Shown in pieces: positions 26,945 through 36,201 of a stretch of 64,000 nucleotides of DNA. The translations under genes were made by a program, and so were the position numbers. A model generated the notes under the pieces. The model was given only the letters and a program-made list of their open reading frames with translations. It was not told the DNA's origin and searched no databases. Location of the stretch: NCBI GenBank assembly GCA_965209025.1, contig OZ242375.1:997562-1061561 (forward strand), written 5' to 3'. This DNA is from Acidimicrobiia bacterium (lineage in GTDB: Bacteria > Actinomycetota > Acidimicrobiia > Spongiisociales > ZC4RG35). The stretch's first letter is position 1, and every line of letters starts with the position of its first letter.

Positions 26945-27700
26945 ATGTCATCATCTAACTCCACCTCTCCATCCGATCACCCGGCGGTCCGGATGGTGGA
27001 CGGCGTCAAGATCTACGGGGAGGGTGAGACCGCGGTCCGCGCCCTCAGGGGGGTCTCCCTCAGCATCGAGCGGGGCCGCTTCACCGCCATCATGGGGCCC
27101 TCCGGATCGGGTAAGTCCACCCTGCTCCACACCCTGGCCGGCCTCGACACCCTCGAAGAGGGGGAAGTGTTCATCGACGGGACGGCTCTCTCCACCCTCA
27201 AGGACCGGGCGCTCACCCTCCTGCGAAGAGAGAAGGTGGGATTCGTCTTCCAGACCTTCAACCTGATCCCCACCCTCAACGCCTCCGAGAACATCCTGTT
27301 GCCTCTCTCCATCGCCCGGGAGGACGTCGAGCGCGACTGGTACGACCAGATAGTGGAGACACTGGGACTGGGCGACCGCCTCAATCATCGTCCCAGCCAA
27401 CTCTCGGGCGGCCAGCAGCAGCGGGTGGCGGTGGCCCGGGCCTTGATGTCGCGGCCCATCATCGTCTGTGCCGACGAGCCGACCGGCAACCTCGACTCGC
27501 GGGCCTCCGACGAACTCCTCGGGTTTATCAGGAGCGCCGTGGACGAGATCGACCAGACCGTGGTGATGGTCACCCACGACCCGCTGGTGGCTGCCTTCGC
27601 CGACGAGGTGGTGTTCCTGGACGACGGTCGAATCACCAACCGGATGGCCGACCCCAACGCCGACGCCATCTTCGACCACCTGAAGTCCCTGGGCGAGTAG
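26945..27700 (+). CDS. ABC transporter ATP-binding protein (MacB/LolD type)
   Basis: GPSGSGKST, LSGGQQQR and DEPTGNLD. Confidence 0.95.
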   Translation: MSSSNSTSPSDHPAVRMVDGVKIYGEGETAVRALRGVSLSIERGRFTAIMGPSGSGKSTLLHTLAGLDTLEEGEVFIDGTALSTLKDRALTLLRREKVGFVFQTFNLIPTLNASENILLPLSIAREDVERDWYDQIVETLGLGDRLNHRPSQLSGGQQQRVAVARALMSRPIIVCADEPTGNLDSRASDELLGFIRSAVDEIDQTVVMVTHDPLVAAFADEVVFLDDGRITNRMADPNADAIFDHLKSLGE

Positions 27701-30247
27701 ATGCTCCGAACCGCGATTAAAGGGATGTGGGCCCACAAACTGCGGCTCACGCTCACCGCTCTCTCGATCGTTTTGGGCGTGGCGTTCGTGGTGGGCAGTT
27801 ATGTGTTCACCGACACCATCCAGGACGGCTTCGACAAACTCTTCGGAGACGCCTTTGCCGGTGTGGACGTTCAGGTGGAGGCCGAAGTGCTCGATTTCGC
27901 ACAGCAGGGAGCAGAGAGCTTCCCCTCCTTCGACGAGGGACTGCTGGATCAGATCGCTTCGGTCCCCGGCGTGGAGACGGCGGTGCCATCGGTGAGCGGA
28001 TTCGCTCAACTGCTCGATGCGGAGGGCAATCTCCTGGGAATCTCAGGACCCCCGAAGTTCGGCTTCTCGTGGGTAGATGACTCCACGGTCAACCGGTTCT
28101 CCATCCTGGAAGCCGATGGCCGACCGCCCACCGCCGCCGGGGAGGTGGCGGTGGATACGGGCACCGCCTCGAGACACGGCATTTCGGTCGGCCAGGAGGT
28201 GGACGTCGCCTTCGAGAACGGGAAGGGCCGCTTCCGGGTGGTGGGCCTGGCCTCATCGGTGAGCCAGACCGACTTCGGGACCAGTTCCCTGCTCTTCTTC
28301 GAACACCGGGAGACCCAACGCTTGCTGGGACTGGAGGGACAGCTCACCGCCATCGTTCTCCGCGCCGACGAGGGCGTCACCCCCGAGGAGTTGCTGCAGA
28401 GGGTCGAAGCCGTGCTGCCCGAGGGCCTGACCGCCGCCACCGGAGAACAACTTGAACAGTCGGTGGTCGAAGAACTGGAGACCGGCCTGGGGTTCTTCAA
28501 CACGGCCCTCCTGGTGTTCGCGGCGGTGGCCATCCTGGTGGGCGCCTTCATCATCCAGAACACCTTCCGCATCATCGTGGCGCAGAGACTCCGGGAACTG
28601 GCGCTGCTCCGGGCCATCGGAGCCACCTCCCGGCAGGTGATCAGGATGGTGACCACCGAGGCCGCCCTGGTGGGGCTGGTGGCGTCGGCGTTGGGGGTGG
28701 GCACCGGGATCCTCCTCGCATACGGTATGAGGGAAGCGCTGGACCTGTTTGGCTTCTCCTTCCCCCGCGGCGATCTGGTGGTGGAGACCCGCACCATCGT
28801 CCTGGGGATGGTGGTGGGAGTGGTGATCACGATTGCCTCCGCCCTGCTGCCCGCCATCCAGGCATCCTCGGTGCCCCCGGTGGCCGCTCTGCGAGTGGGC
28901 GCGGGCCACACCAAACGGGCCTCGCTTCGCAGGCGGGCGATAATCGGGATCTCGGTCACGTGCCTGGGCATAGCCGGCCTGGTGGTCGGGCTGGTCTGGT
29001 TGGGGATCACCTGGGTGGGCGCCGGCGCTCTCCTCCTGTTCCTGGGGGTGGCCATCCTGGCGCCGTTGGTGGCCCGCCCCGCCGGGTCGTTTCTGGGCTG
29101 GCCGCTCCCCCGTCTGTTCGGCGTGCCGGGTCTACTGGCCAAGGAGAACACCCGCCGCCAGCCTCGCCGCACCGCCGCCACCGCTTCGGCGCTGATGATC
29201 GGAATCGCCCTGGTGTCTTTCGTGGCGGTGCTGTCCAGTTCCATCCGCGACTCGGTGAAACAGTCTCTCCTGGAGAGTTTCGCCGCCGACCTGACCATCA
29301 CCTCTGTCAACTTCAACACCGGGGTGAGCGACGACTTCGTGGGTGAGATCTCCCAACTGGACGATCTGGCCGCCGTCTCGCCTATACGGATAGGTTTCGT
29401 ACGGATCACCACTGCCGACGAGTCGGTGGAGGTTACAACCAACATCGCGGCCATCGATCCCGCCACCGTGGAGCAGGTGTGGGCCACCGGCGCCGACCCC
29501 GGCATCGAGGCGGTGGTGGAGGGAATGATCGTGGAGACCAACCAGATGGAAGAGTGGGGCTGGGCCGTGGGCGACACCCTCAACCTGGAGTTCCCCTCGG
29601 GAGAGAGCACCGAGCTCGAGATCACCGGAACCCTGGCCTCGGAGGCATTCGGAGGGATCCTCATCTCCGAAGAGCGATACCTGCAGTACTACGACGTGAC
29701 CGCACCCGCCGTGGTATTCGTGGCAGTGGCAGAAGGGGTGGCGCTCGAGGAGGCCCAGGGACAGGTCCAGGATCTGGCGGCGGACTATCCACTGGTACAG
29801 GTCCAGAGCAAGAGTGACTTCGTCGCCGACTTCGAGAACCAGATCAACCAGTTGGTGACGATCTTCAACGGACTCCTGGCCCTGGCCATCGTCATCGCCA
29901 TCCTGGGGATCACCAACACCCTGGCACTCTCCATCACCGAGCGCATCCGGGAGATCGGGCTGTTACGAGCGGTGGGAATGGTCCGCCGCCAGGTGCGCCG
30001 CATGGTCCGCTGGGAGGCCGTGATCGTGGCGGTGTTCGGGGCGGTGCTCGGGGTGATCCTGGGCGGCGTCCTGGGCTGGGCGGTGCGACTCGCCCTGGCC
30101 GACGACGGCCTGGAAGTCTTCAGCCTGCCGGTGACTCAACTGCTCATCTACGTGGCCCTGGCCGGAGTGGCAGGAGTCATAGCCGCCATCCTCCCCGCAC
30201 GGTCGGCAAGCCGCATCAAGATCCTGGACGCCATCGCCTACGAGTAG
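27701..30247 (+). CDS. FtsX-like ABC permease (double MacB/FtsX repeat)
   Basis: Two RxRElxLLRAxG motifs, multiple TM helices and extracytoplasmic domains. Confidence 0.93.
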   Translation: MLRTAIKGMWAHKLRLTLTALSIVLGVAFVVGSYVFTDTIQDGFDKLFGDAFAGVDVQVEAEVLDFAQQGAESFPSFDEGLLDQIASVPGVETAVPSVSGFAQLLDAEGNLLGISGPPKFGFSWVDDSTVNRFSILEADGRPPTAAGEVAVDTGTASRHGISVGQEVDVAFENGKGRFRVVGLASSVSQTDFGTSSLLFFEHRETQRLLGLEGQLTAIVLRADEGVTPEELLQRVEAVLPEGLTAATGEQLEQSVVEELETGLGFFNTALLVFAAVAILVGAFIIQNTFRIIVAQRLRELALLRAIGATSRQVIRMVTTEAALVGLVASALGVGTGILLAYGMREALDLFGFSFPRGDLVVETRTIVLGMVVGVVITIASALLPAIQASSVPPVAALRVGAGHTKRASLRRRAIIGISVTCLGIAGLVVGLVWLGITWVGAGALLLFLGVAILAPLVARPAGSFLGWPLPRLFGVPGLLAKENTRRQPRRTAATASALMIGIALVSFVAVLSSSIRDSVKQSLLESFAADLTITSVNFNTGVSDDFVGEISQLDDLAAVSPIRIGFVRITTADESVEVTTNIAAIDPATVEQVWATGADPGIEAVVEGMIVETNQMEEWGWAVGDTLNLEFPSGESTELEITGTLASEAFGGILISEERYLQYYDVTAPAVVFVAVAEGVALEEAQGQVQDLAADYPLVQVQSKSDFVADFENQINQLVTIFNGLLALAIVIAILGITNTLALSITERIREIGLLRAVGMVRRQVRRMVRWEAVIVAVFGAVLGVILGGVLGWAVRLALADDGLEVFSLPVTQLLIYVALAGVAGVIAAILPARSASRIKILDAIAYE

Positions 30248-30258
30248 CACGCGTGGGG

Positions 30259-31023
30259 TCAGGTTTCCTCAAGCATCTCGGCGTAGCGGGCGGACCGCTC
30301 GGCCGGCGTCCATAACGAGCAGTCGTCGCACTTGGAGCGGTTGCTGACCTCGGTCTGGTAGTAGAGACAGCAGGCGTTGCGCTCCCACACCCACCGCAGA
30401 CCCCGCCCGATCCGGACCACACGACCCGACCGCCGCAACTCGCCGCGTGCAGTGGCGAAGAAGCCCTCCACCATGTCGCGGATTCGCTCGATACGGTCGG
30501 CGAGCGGCCCGACGAACGCTCCGAAGCTCGCAGCGCACGATGAACCGACATTGGCCCACAACAACGGCTCGCCGATACGCATGGATCGGTGCACAGCTTC
30601 AACAAACCGCGCCAGGTGCTCATCGATCAAGACGCGATGCAACACGGCAAAGTCACCCTCGGCTCCTACCAACTCGGCCCGATCCAGCCGGACCGCGTTG
30701 AGACGGTGATGTTCCATCCCGATGGCGGTGGACTGCGGTCGGACCGAAAGCACATCGCCCGACAGGACGAATGACCCGATAGCCGCGGTGGCGATCCGGA
30801 AGGCGTATCCCTGAACGAAGAGCGACATCGCCACCATGTCGTCGCTACCCCACTCCCCGGCGGTCGGCCGCACGACCGAGAACAGACGTTGCGGATCGGC
30901 GATCAGACGGTCGCATGCCAGCCATCTCCGGCTGTCCTCCGCCGTGCCGACCGCGATGCGTAGATAGTCGACGGTGGCCAGCAACTTCTCGACGACGTCG
31001 TGGCCTCGATCTCTCACTCGCAC
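30259..31023 (-). CDS. FhuF-like ferric-siderophore reductase (2Fe-2S)
   Basis: C-terminal RNACCLYY...CDDC FhuF cluster motif. Confidence 0.75.
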   Translation of the reverse strand: MRVRDRGHDVVEKLLATVDYLRIAVGTAEDSRRWLACDRLIADPQRLFSVVRPTAGEWGSDDMVAMSLFVQGYAFRIATAAIGSFVLSGDVLSVRPQSTAIGMEHHRLNAVRLDRAELVGAEGDFAVLHRVLIDEHLARFVEAVHRSMRIGEPLLWANVGSSCAASFGAFVGPLADRIERIRDMVEGFFATARGELRRSGRVVRIGRGLRWVWERNACCLYYQTEVSNRSKCDDCSLWTPAERSARYAEMLEET

Positions 31024-31091
31024 TCCCCTTCGGTTTGTTGCGATTGTCCCGGCTTGCCGAAACCAGATTTTAATCTCCCCCTCTTTTACTT

Positions 31092-31115
31092 GTAATCGAA
31101 CATATGTTCGATTAC
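31092..31115. promoter_or_regulatory. LexA SOS box
   Basis: Perfect 24-bp palindrome GTAATCGAACATATGTTCGATTAC containing CGAAC-N4-GTTCG, about 45 bp upstream of imuB. Confidence 0.9.
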
Positions 31116-31159
31116 CCTATACGGATTCCCAACTGAATCCGGTCTGGAAAGGAGGTTCG

Positions 31160-32605
31160 ATGCGGGTTGCGTGTCTGCTTGTCTCTCATCTGAGAGTCAA
31201 GTCCGAGTTGCGACGCGACGGGCGTCTGGAAGGCCGGCCAGCGGTGATCGTCGACCGGACGGGGACGGTCCCCCTGGTCGTGGACCACACTGCCCAGGCC
31301 TTTCTGGCGAGAGCCGGGATGACACTGGAGCAGGCCATCTCCAACCATGCGAACTGTGTCGTCCTGGAAGCCGACGAGCCCTACTACCGGGAGGTGTTCG
31401 ACGATGCGCTCGGGTCCCTGATGGAGGTCGGCCATCGCGTGGAGGGTCCGGAACTCGGCACGGTCTATACGCGTCTCGATGGCCTGGCGGCCCTGTACGG
31501 CGGCGAGGACCGTCTGGTGTGCATGCTTCTAGGCGCCGTTCCCCACGACCTGGAACCCGCAGTGGGAGTGGGGAACGCCAAATTCCCCGCCTTCGTGGCG
31601 GCCCGGACCGGGAAGGCGATGGGAGTGAACCGGGTGCCCGCCGATGCCGGGAGGTTCCTCGCTCCCCATCCGGTCGACCTGCTCCCCGTCTCGGCGGAGA
31701 TTAAAGCCAACCTGCACCTTCTGGGTCTTCACACCATGGGGGAAGTGGCCGCGCTGCCCGAGGGGTTGCTGGCAGACCAGTTCGGCCTGGAGGGATTACA
31801 GGCTTGGTCGCTCTGCAACGGCATAGACGAGCGTCCCCTGGTTCCCCTGCAAATCACCGAGACCATCACCGAGCACACCTCCTTCCCCGACCATTCGGCC
31901 TCCCTGGAACTCTTCTTGGTGACGGTGGACATCCTGCTCAGAAAGGCCTTCTCCCGGCGCCGGATGCTGGGGAGACAGGCAGCCGGCGTGACCCTGGACT
32001 GCAGAGCGGAGAGCGCTCCGTCGTGGAGGAAAGCCATTCATTTCAAGCGAGGCGTCCACGGATGGGAGAAGGCTTGTGCGATCATCAGGCGCCAACTGGA
32101 GATGGACCCTCCCCGGATCCCCATCGAAGAGATCCGGCTGACCCTCACCGATCTCAGCGGAGCGTCGGGAACACAACTGGGGCTCTGGGCAGACCCGAGG
32201 AAGGTCAGATGGCGCCGGATCCGAGACACAGAGAGAAAACTCCGATCCCGGACGCGAGGAGGCCACATCCTGCACCGGGTGGTGGAGGTGGCGCCCTGGC
32301 ATCCGGCGCCGGAGATGCGGTCGGTCCAGGTGCCCGTCGACCGATCGGGCGACTATGCCATCAGACCGGTGGCGACCCCCACCCAGGTCTCCGTCCGGGA
32401 AGGAGACCGTCGCTGGCCGGTGGCCGTGCTCCTGGGTGACCGGTGGCGCCCGGTGGACCGGGTAGCCGACCTCTGGACCTTCGACCTGTGGTGGTTGCCG
32501 CAACCGATCACCCGGACCTATTACCGGCTGGGAGGAGAGAACGGGCGAGGGGTCACTCTCTTCTACGACCAGCGGGGGGAATCCTGGTACAGACAGGGCG
32601 GCTAG
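31160..32605 (+). CDS. imuB: ImuB (inactive Y-family polymerase) with C-terminal DUF6504-like domain
   Basis: Y-family fold (GMTLEQA; LGLHTMGEVAALP) without catalytic carboxylates; C-terminal DLWTFDLWW...RTYYRL; AAGGAGG RBS. Confidence 0.8.
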   Translation: MRVACLLVSHLRVKSELRRDGRLEGRPAVIVDRTGTVPLVVDHTAQAFLARAGMTLEQAISNHANCVVLEADEPYYREVFDDALGSLMEVGHRVEGPELGTVYTRLDGLAALYGGEDRLVCMLLGAVPHDLEPAVGVGNAKFPAFVAARTGKAMGVNRVPADAGRFLAPHPVDLLPVSAEIKANLHLLGLHTMGEVAALPEGLLADQFGLEGLQAWSLCNGIDERPLVPLQITETITEHTSFPDHSASLELFLVTVDILLRKAFSRRRMLGRQAAGVTLDCRAESAPSWRKAIHFKRGVHGWEKACAIIRRQLEMDPPRIPIEEIRLTLTDLSGASGTQLGLWADPRKVRWRRIRDTERKLRSRTRGGHILHRVVEVAPWHPAPEMRSVQVPVDRSGDYAIRPVATPTQVSVREGDRRWPVAVLLGDRWRPVDRVADLWTFDLWWLPQPITRTYYRLGGENGRGVTLFYDQRGESWYRQGG

Positions 32606-32622
32606 CCGGGGAGGGTGGGAGT

Positions 32623-35600
32623 ATGGCTTCGGGCTACGTGGAGCTTCACGCAAAGAGCTTCTATTCCTTCGGGACAGGAGCGTCGCACGTCCACGAACTG
32701 CTGGCCCGGGCCGCCGAGTACGGGTATCCGGCCATGGCCCTCACCGACACCAACCTGTGCGGCGCCCTGGAGTTCGCCCGCCTGGCCAACAGCCTGGGTA
32801 TCAGGCCCGTCACCGGCGGAGAGTTGACCCTCACGGACGACACGCGGCTCGTCCTTCTGGCCGGGACGCGCAAGGGATACGCCAACCTGTCCCGGCTGTT
32901 CACCCTGGCCAACCGCGCGGACCGCCAGAACCCGCGCCTCGATCCCGTGCACCTGCCGGCGCACTCGGAGGGGCTGGTCCTCCTCGCCGGGGGGCGCGAC
33001 AGCCGCCTCTCCCGACTGGCGCTCTCCGGCCGGGCCTCCGAGGCCCGGGAGCTTCTCGGTGGGTACCGGGACTGGTTCGGCCCCGACCGGGTGTACGTGG
33101 AGGTGCAGCAGAACCTCCTGGAGGGCGACACCCGGCGCAACCGGGAACTCGAGTCCCTGGCTCACGCCGAAGGCGCGCCGGTGGTGGCCACCAACGACGT
33201 CCACTACCACGCGCCGGAGCGCTACCGCCTCCAGAACGCGCTGGTGGCCGCCAGGCACAACATCACCATGGACCAGGCTCTCCGGTACATCAGGCCCAAC
33301 CACCATCTCACTCTCAAGCCTCCCGAACAGATGGGGCGACTGTTCCGTCACCTCCCCGAGGCGGTCTCCAACACCCTGAAGATCGCCGAGCAGTGCTCCT
33401 TCGATCTCAGCACCGATCTCGGCTACCGCCTCCCCGAACCCGAGGTGCCGGAGGGGCACACGCCCGACAGCTACCTTCGGGAACTCTGCCGCCAGGCCGC
33501 TCTCCGCCGCTACGGATTTCTCTCCCCGCCGGTCCGGGAACGCCTGGAAGAGGAGTTCCGGCTGATCGAGATGCATGGTCTTTCCGGCTTCCTGCTGCTG
33601 TATCGGCAGATCGTGCTCATCGCGCAGAAGATCATGGAAGATGAGGGTTTGGCGCGCCCCGGGACGCCCCTCGAAGAACAGCCGCCCGGGAGAGGGCGAG
33701 GGTCGTCGGTGGCCCTTCTGGTGGGGTATCTGATCGGCATTAGCCACGTCGATCCCCTCCGGTGGAACCTCACCCTGGACCGGTTCATCTCCGACGACAC
33801 CACCCTCCTCCCCGACATCGACCTCGACTTTCCCCGTCACCTTCGGGACAAGCTCATCGAGCGGATCCACCGGCATTTCGGCCCCGAATACGCGGTGTTG
33901 ACCGGAGCCGTCTCCACCTACACCGTCAAGGGCATCATCCAGGACCTGGGCAAGGCGTTCGGACTGCCCAGCCAGGAGTTGACCCTCCTATCCAAACAGA
34001 TCCACTCCCACCATGCGGCAGACCTGAGAGCGGAGATGCTGGAACTTCCCGCCTTCCGGGACCGGGTGGACGCCTACGGTTGGAAGAACCTGATCGAGAT
34101 CTCCCCCCAACTGATGGGGGCGCCCAAAGGCCTCAGCCAGCACCCCGGAGGGATGATCCTCAGCAGCACTCCCATCCCGGAGATGGTCCCCGTCCGGGAA
34201 GGGGCCATCGAGGGCCGCTACATAATGGACTGGGACAAGGACAATGTCGCCGACGCCAACTTCGCCAAGATAGACCTCCTCTCCCTGCCGGCGCTCGACC
34301 AGCTTCACGAAGCCCTGGATCTGATCGAAGAGCGGACCGGCGAACGGCCGGACCTTTCCAGGATCGATCCCGAGGATCCCGAGGTCTACGGGATGATCAC
34401 CCAAGGCCGTTCCAAGGGGGTGTTCCTGCTCCAGTCGCCGGCTCAACTGAAGATGGGACGGCGCCTCCGGCCCGAGAACCTCCTGGACCTGGCCTACCAG
34501 GTGGCGCTGATCCGCCCGGGCGTGGGCGTGCAGGGAAGCGCCGTCTCGCAGTTCCTGGAGCGATACCGCCACGGCGCCTCCTGGGACTACGACCATCCCT
34601 TGGAGAGGGGCGCCCTCGAGCGGGGATTCGGGGTCATCGTCTGGCAGGAACAGGTGGTCCAACTCATCATGGACGTGGCGGGGATGACCGCCGCCCAGGC
34701 CGATGAGATACGAAGGTCCTTCGCTCGTTCCAACAACCAGCACCTGATAGCCATGCACTGGAAAGAATTCCTCCAAGGCGCCCGGAGGCGGGGCGTCCCG
34801 GAACGAACTGCGCGGAAGATCTTCTCCAAGATCAACGGCCACTACATGTTCCCCGAATCCCACAGCCACGCCTTCGCGGTCACCGCCTACCAGGTGGCCT
34901 GGCTCAAGCGCTACCACCCCCTGGAGTTCTTCACGACCCTCATCAACAACCAGCCCATGGGGTTCTACCCGCTGGAGACCCTCAAGCAGGACGCCAATAC
35001 ATTCGGCGTGCCGTTCCTCGGTCCCTGCGTCAACCGGAGCGGCGTCAAGTGCGTTCCCGAAGAGGGCGCCGTGCGGTTGGGCCTGGGAATCGTCAAGGAC
35101 GTGGGAGACCGGTCCGCCGAGACCATCGTCTCCGAGAGGAAGCGCAACGGTCCCTATGGCGGCGCCGGGGACCTGATCCGGCGCACCGGCTTGAAGCCCC
35201 AGGCCGTGGTCTCCCTGGTGATGGCGGGCGCCCTGGACGGCCTCTCCCCCAATCGCCGCACCGCCATCTGGGACGCGGGGCTGTCGGTCCGCCCCTCCCG
35301 CAACGGACAGACCGTTCTGGACACGTCCCGGGGGAACATCAAGCCCGACCTGGCCGACTTCACGGACTACGAGAGGATGGCCAGCCACTACCAGGTCCTG
35401 GGGATCCATCCGGGAGGCCACCTCATGGAGTACCTCCGGGAAACATTGGACGCGGAGGTGCTGACCACCGCCGAGGTTGAGAACCGCGCCGAGGACGAAG
35501 AGGTGCTGGTGGCGGGCTGGCCCATCGCCCGACAGCACCCGCGCGGGATAGGCGGCACGGTGTTCGTGACCATCGAGGACGAGACCGGGGACGTGCAGGT

Positions 35601-35769
35601 GATCATCTGGCCGGACGTCTTCGCCCGATACAAGAAGCAACTCCGGAGCCAGGTGATCCTGGTGCGGGGCGTGATCTCCCGATGGGACGGCACCACGTCG
35701 GTGATCGTCTCGGCCCTGGAGGCGGTCGACGTCCCGGTCTCGATGCCCGCCGCCCATGATTGGCACTGA
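32623..35769 (+). CDS. dnaE2: Error-prone DNA polymerase DnaE2 (ImuC)
   Basis: YVELHAKS PHP domain, GRGSS, PDIDLD, FPESH, NNQPMGFY, OB fold and AHDWH tail. Confidence 0.93.
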   Translation: MASGYVELHAKSFYSFGTGASHVHELLARAAEYGYPAMALTDTNLCGALEFARLANSLGIRPVTGGELTLTDDTRLVLLAGTRKGYANLSRLFTLANRADRQNPRLDPVHLPAHSEGLVLLAGGRDSRLSRLALSGRASEARELLGGYRDWFGPDRVYVEVQQNLLEGDTRRNRELESLAHAEGAPVVATNDVHYHAPERYRLQNALVAARHNITMDQALRYIRPNHHLTLKPPEQMGRLFRHLPEAVSNTLKIAEQCSFDLSTDLGYRLPEPEVPEGHTPDSYLRELCRQAALRRYGFLSPPVRERLEEEFRLIEMHGLSGFLLLYRQIVLIAQKIMEDEGLARPGTPLEEQPPGRGRGSSVALLVGYLIGISHVDPLRWNLTLDRFISDDTTLLPDIDLDFPRHLRDKLIERIHRHFGPEYAVLTGAVSTYTVKGIIQDLGKAFGLPSQELTLLSKQIHSHHAADLRAEMLELPAFRDRVDAYGWKNLIEISPQLMGAPKGLSQHPGGMILSSTPIPEMVPVREGAIEGRYIMDWDKDNVADANFAKIDLLSLPALDQLHEALDLIEERTGERPDLSRIDPEDPEVYGMITQGRSKGVFLLQSPAQLKMGRRLRPENLLDLAYQVALIRPGVGVQGSAVSQFLERYRHGASWDYDHPLERGALERGFGVIVWQEQVVQLIMDVAGMTAAQADEIRRSFARSNNQHLIAMHWKEFLQGARRRGVPERTARKIFSKINGHYMFPESHSHAFAVTAYQVAWLKRYHPLEFFTTLINNQPMGFYPLETLKQDANTFGVPFLGPCVNRSGVKCVPEEGAVRLGLGIVKDVGDRSAETIVSERKRNGPYGGAGDLIRRTGLKPQAVVSLVMAGALDGLSPNRRTAIWDAGLSVRPSRNGQTVLDTSRGNIKPDLADFTDYERMASHYQVLGIHPGGHLMEYLRETLDAEVLTTAEVENRAEDEEVLVAGWPIARQHPRGIGGTVFVTIEDETGDVQVIIWPDVFARYKKQLRSQVILVRGVISRWDGTTSVIVSALEAVDVPVSMPAAHDWH

Positions 35770-35874
35770 TCGGAGGAGACGACGACGCTCTCTGCGAATC
35801 CATCCACGAACCGGAATGTCACACCCTCGCCTTATCGTGATCCAGTACCCAACCTGCGTCAACGGAGGCGCAAT

Positions 35875-36138
35875 ATGGACATCGTCACCATCTGGATCCT
35901 GTGCGGGGCGGTCAGCGCCTTCGTCGCCTCGTACAAAGGGCGCAGCGGGTGCGGATGGTTCCTGCTGGGAGCGCTGCTCGGCCCGTTCGGGCTGATCCTG
36001 TCCCTGGTCATCCCGTCCAACGCAGCCAGAATTGAAAGAGAGGCGATTCAAAGCGGCGCGTACCAGAAGTGTCCGTATTGCGCCGAGTTGGTCAGGACCG
36101 AGGCGGTGAAGTGCCGCTACTGCGGCTCGGGCCTTTAA
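35875..36138 (+). CDS. Small membrane protein with zinc ribbon
   Basis: KGRSGCGWFLLGALLGPFG TM segment and KCPYCAE...KCRYCG. Confidence 0.8.
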   Translation: MDIVTIWILCGAVSAFVASYKGRSGCGWFLLGALLGPFGLILSLVIPSNAARIEREAIQSGAYQKCPYCAELVRTEAVKCRYCGSGL

Positions 36139-36141
36139 AGA

Positions 36142-36176
36142 CCTTCGCTCCCTGACATCTCATCAGGGAGCGAAGG
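36142..36176. terminator. Hairpin between convergent genes (probable bidirectional terminator)
   Basis: 14-bp perfect inverted repeat CCTTCGCTCCCTGA / TCAGGGAGCGAAGG. Confidence 0.75.
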
Positions 36177-36201
36177 GTTCCCCTCCCATGGTTTGCCTAA
36201 C

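Noticed and set aside
33988-36051. Long antisense ORFs (this 687-aa one; also 28006-29664, 20017-21639, 50179-51711)
   Set aside because: Shadow ORFs of genuine genes, expected in high-GC DNA; no recognisable motifs.
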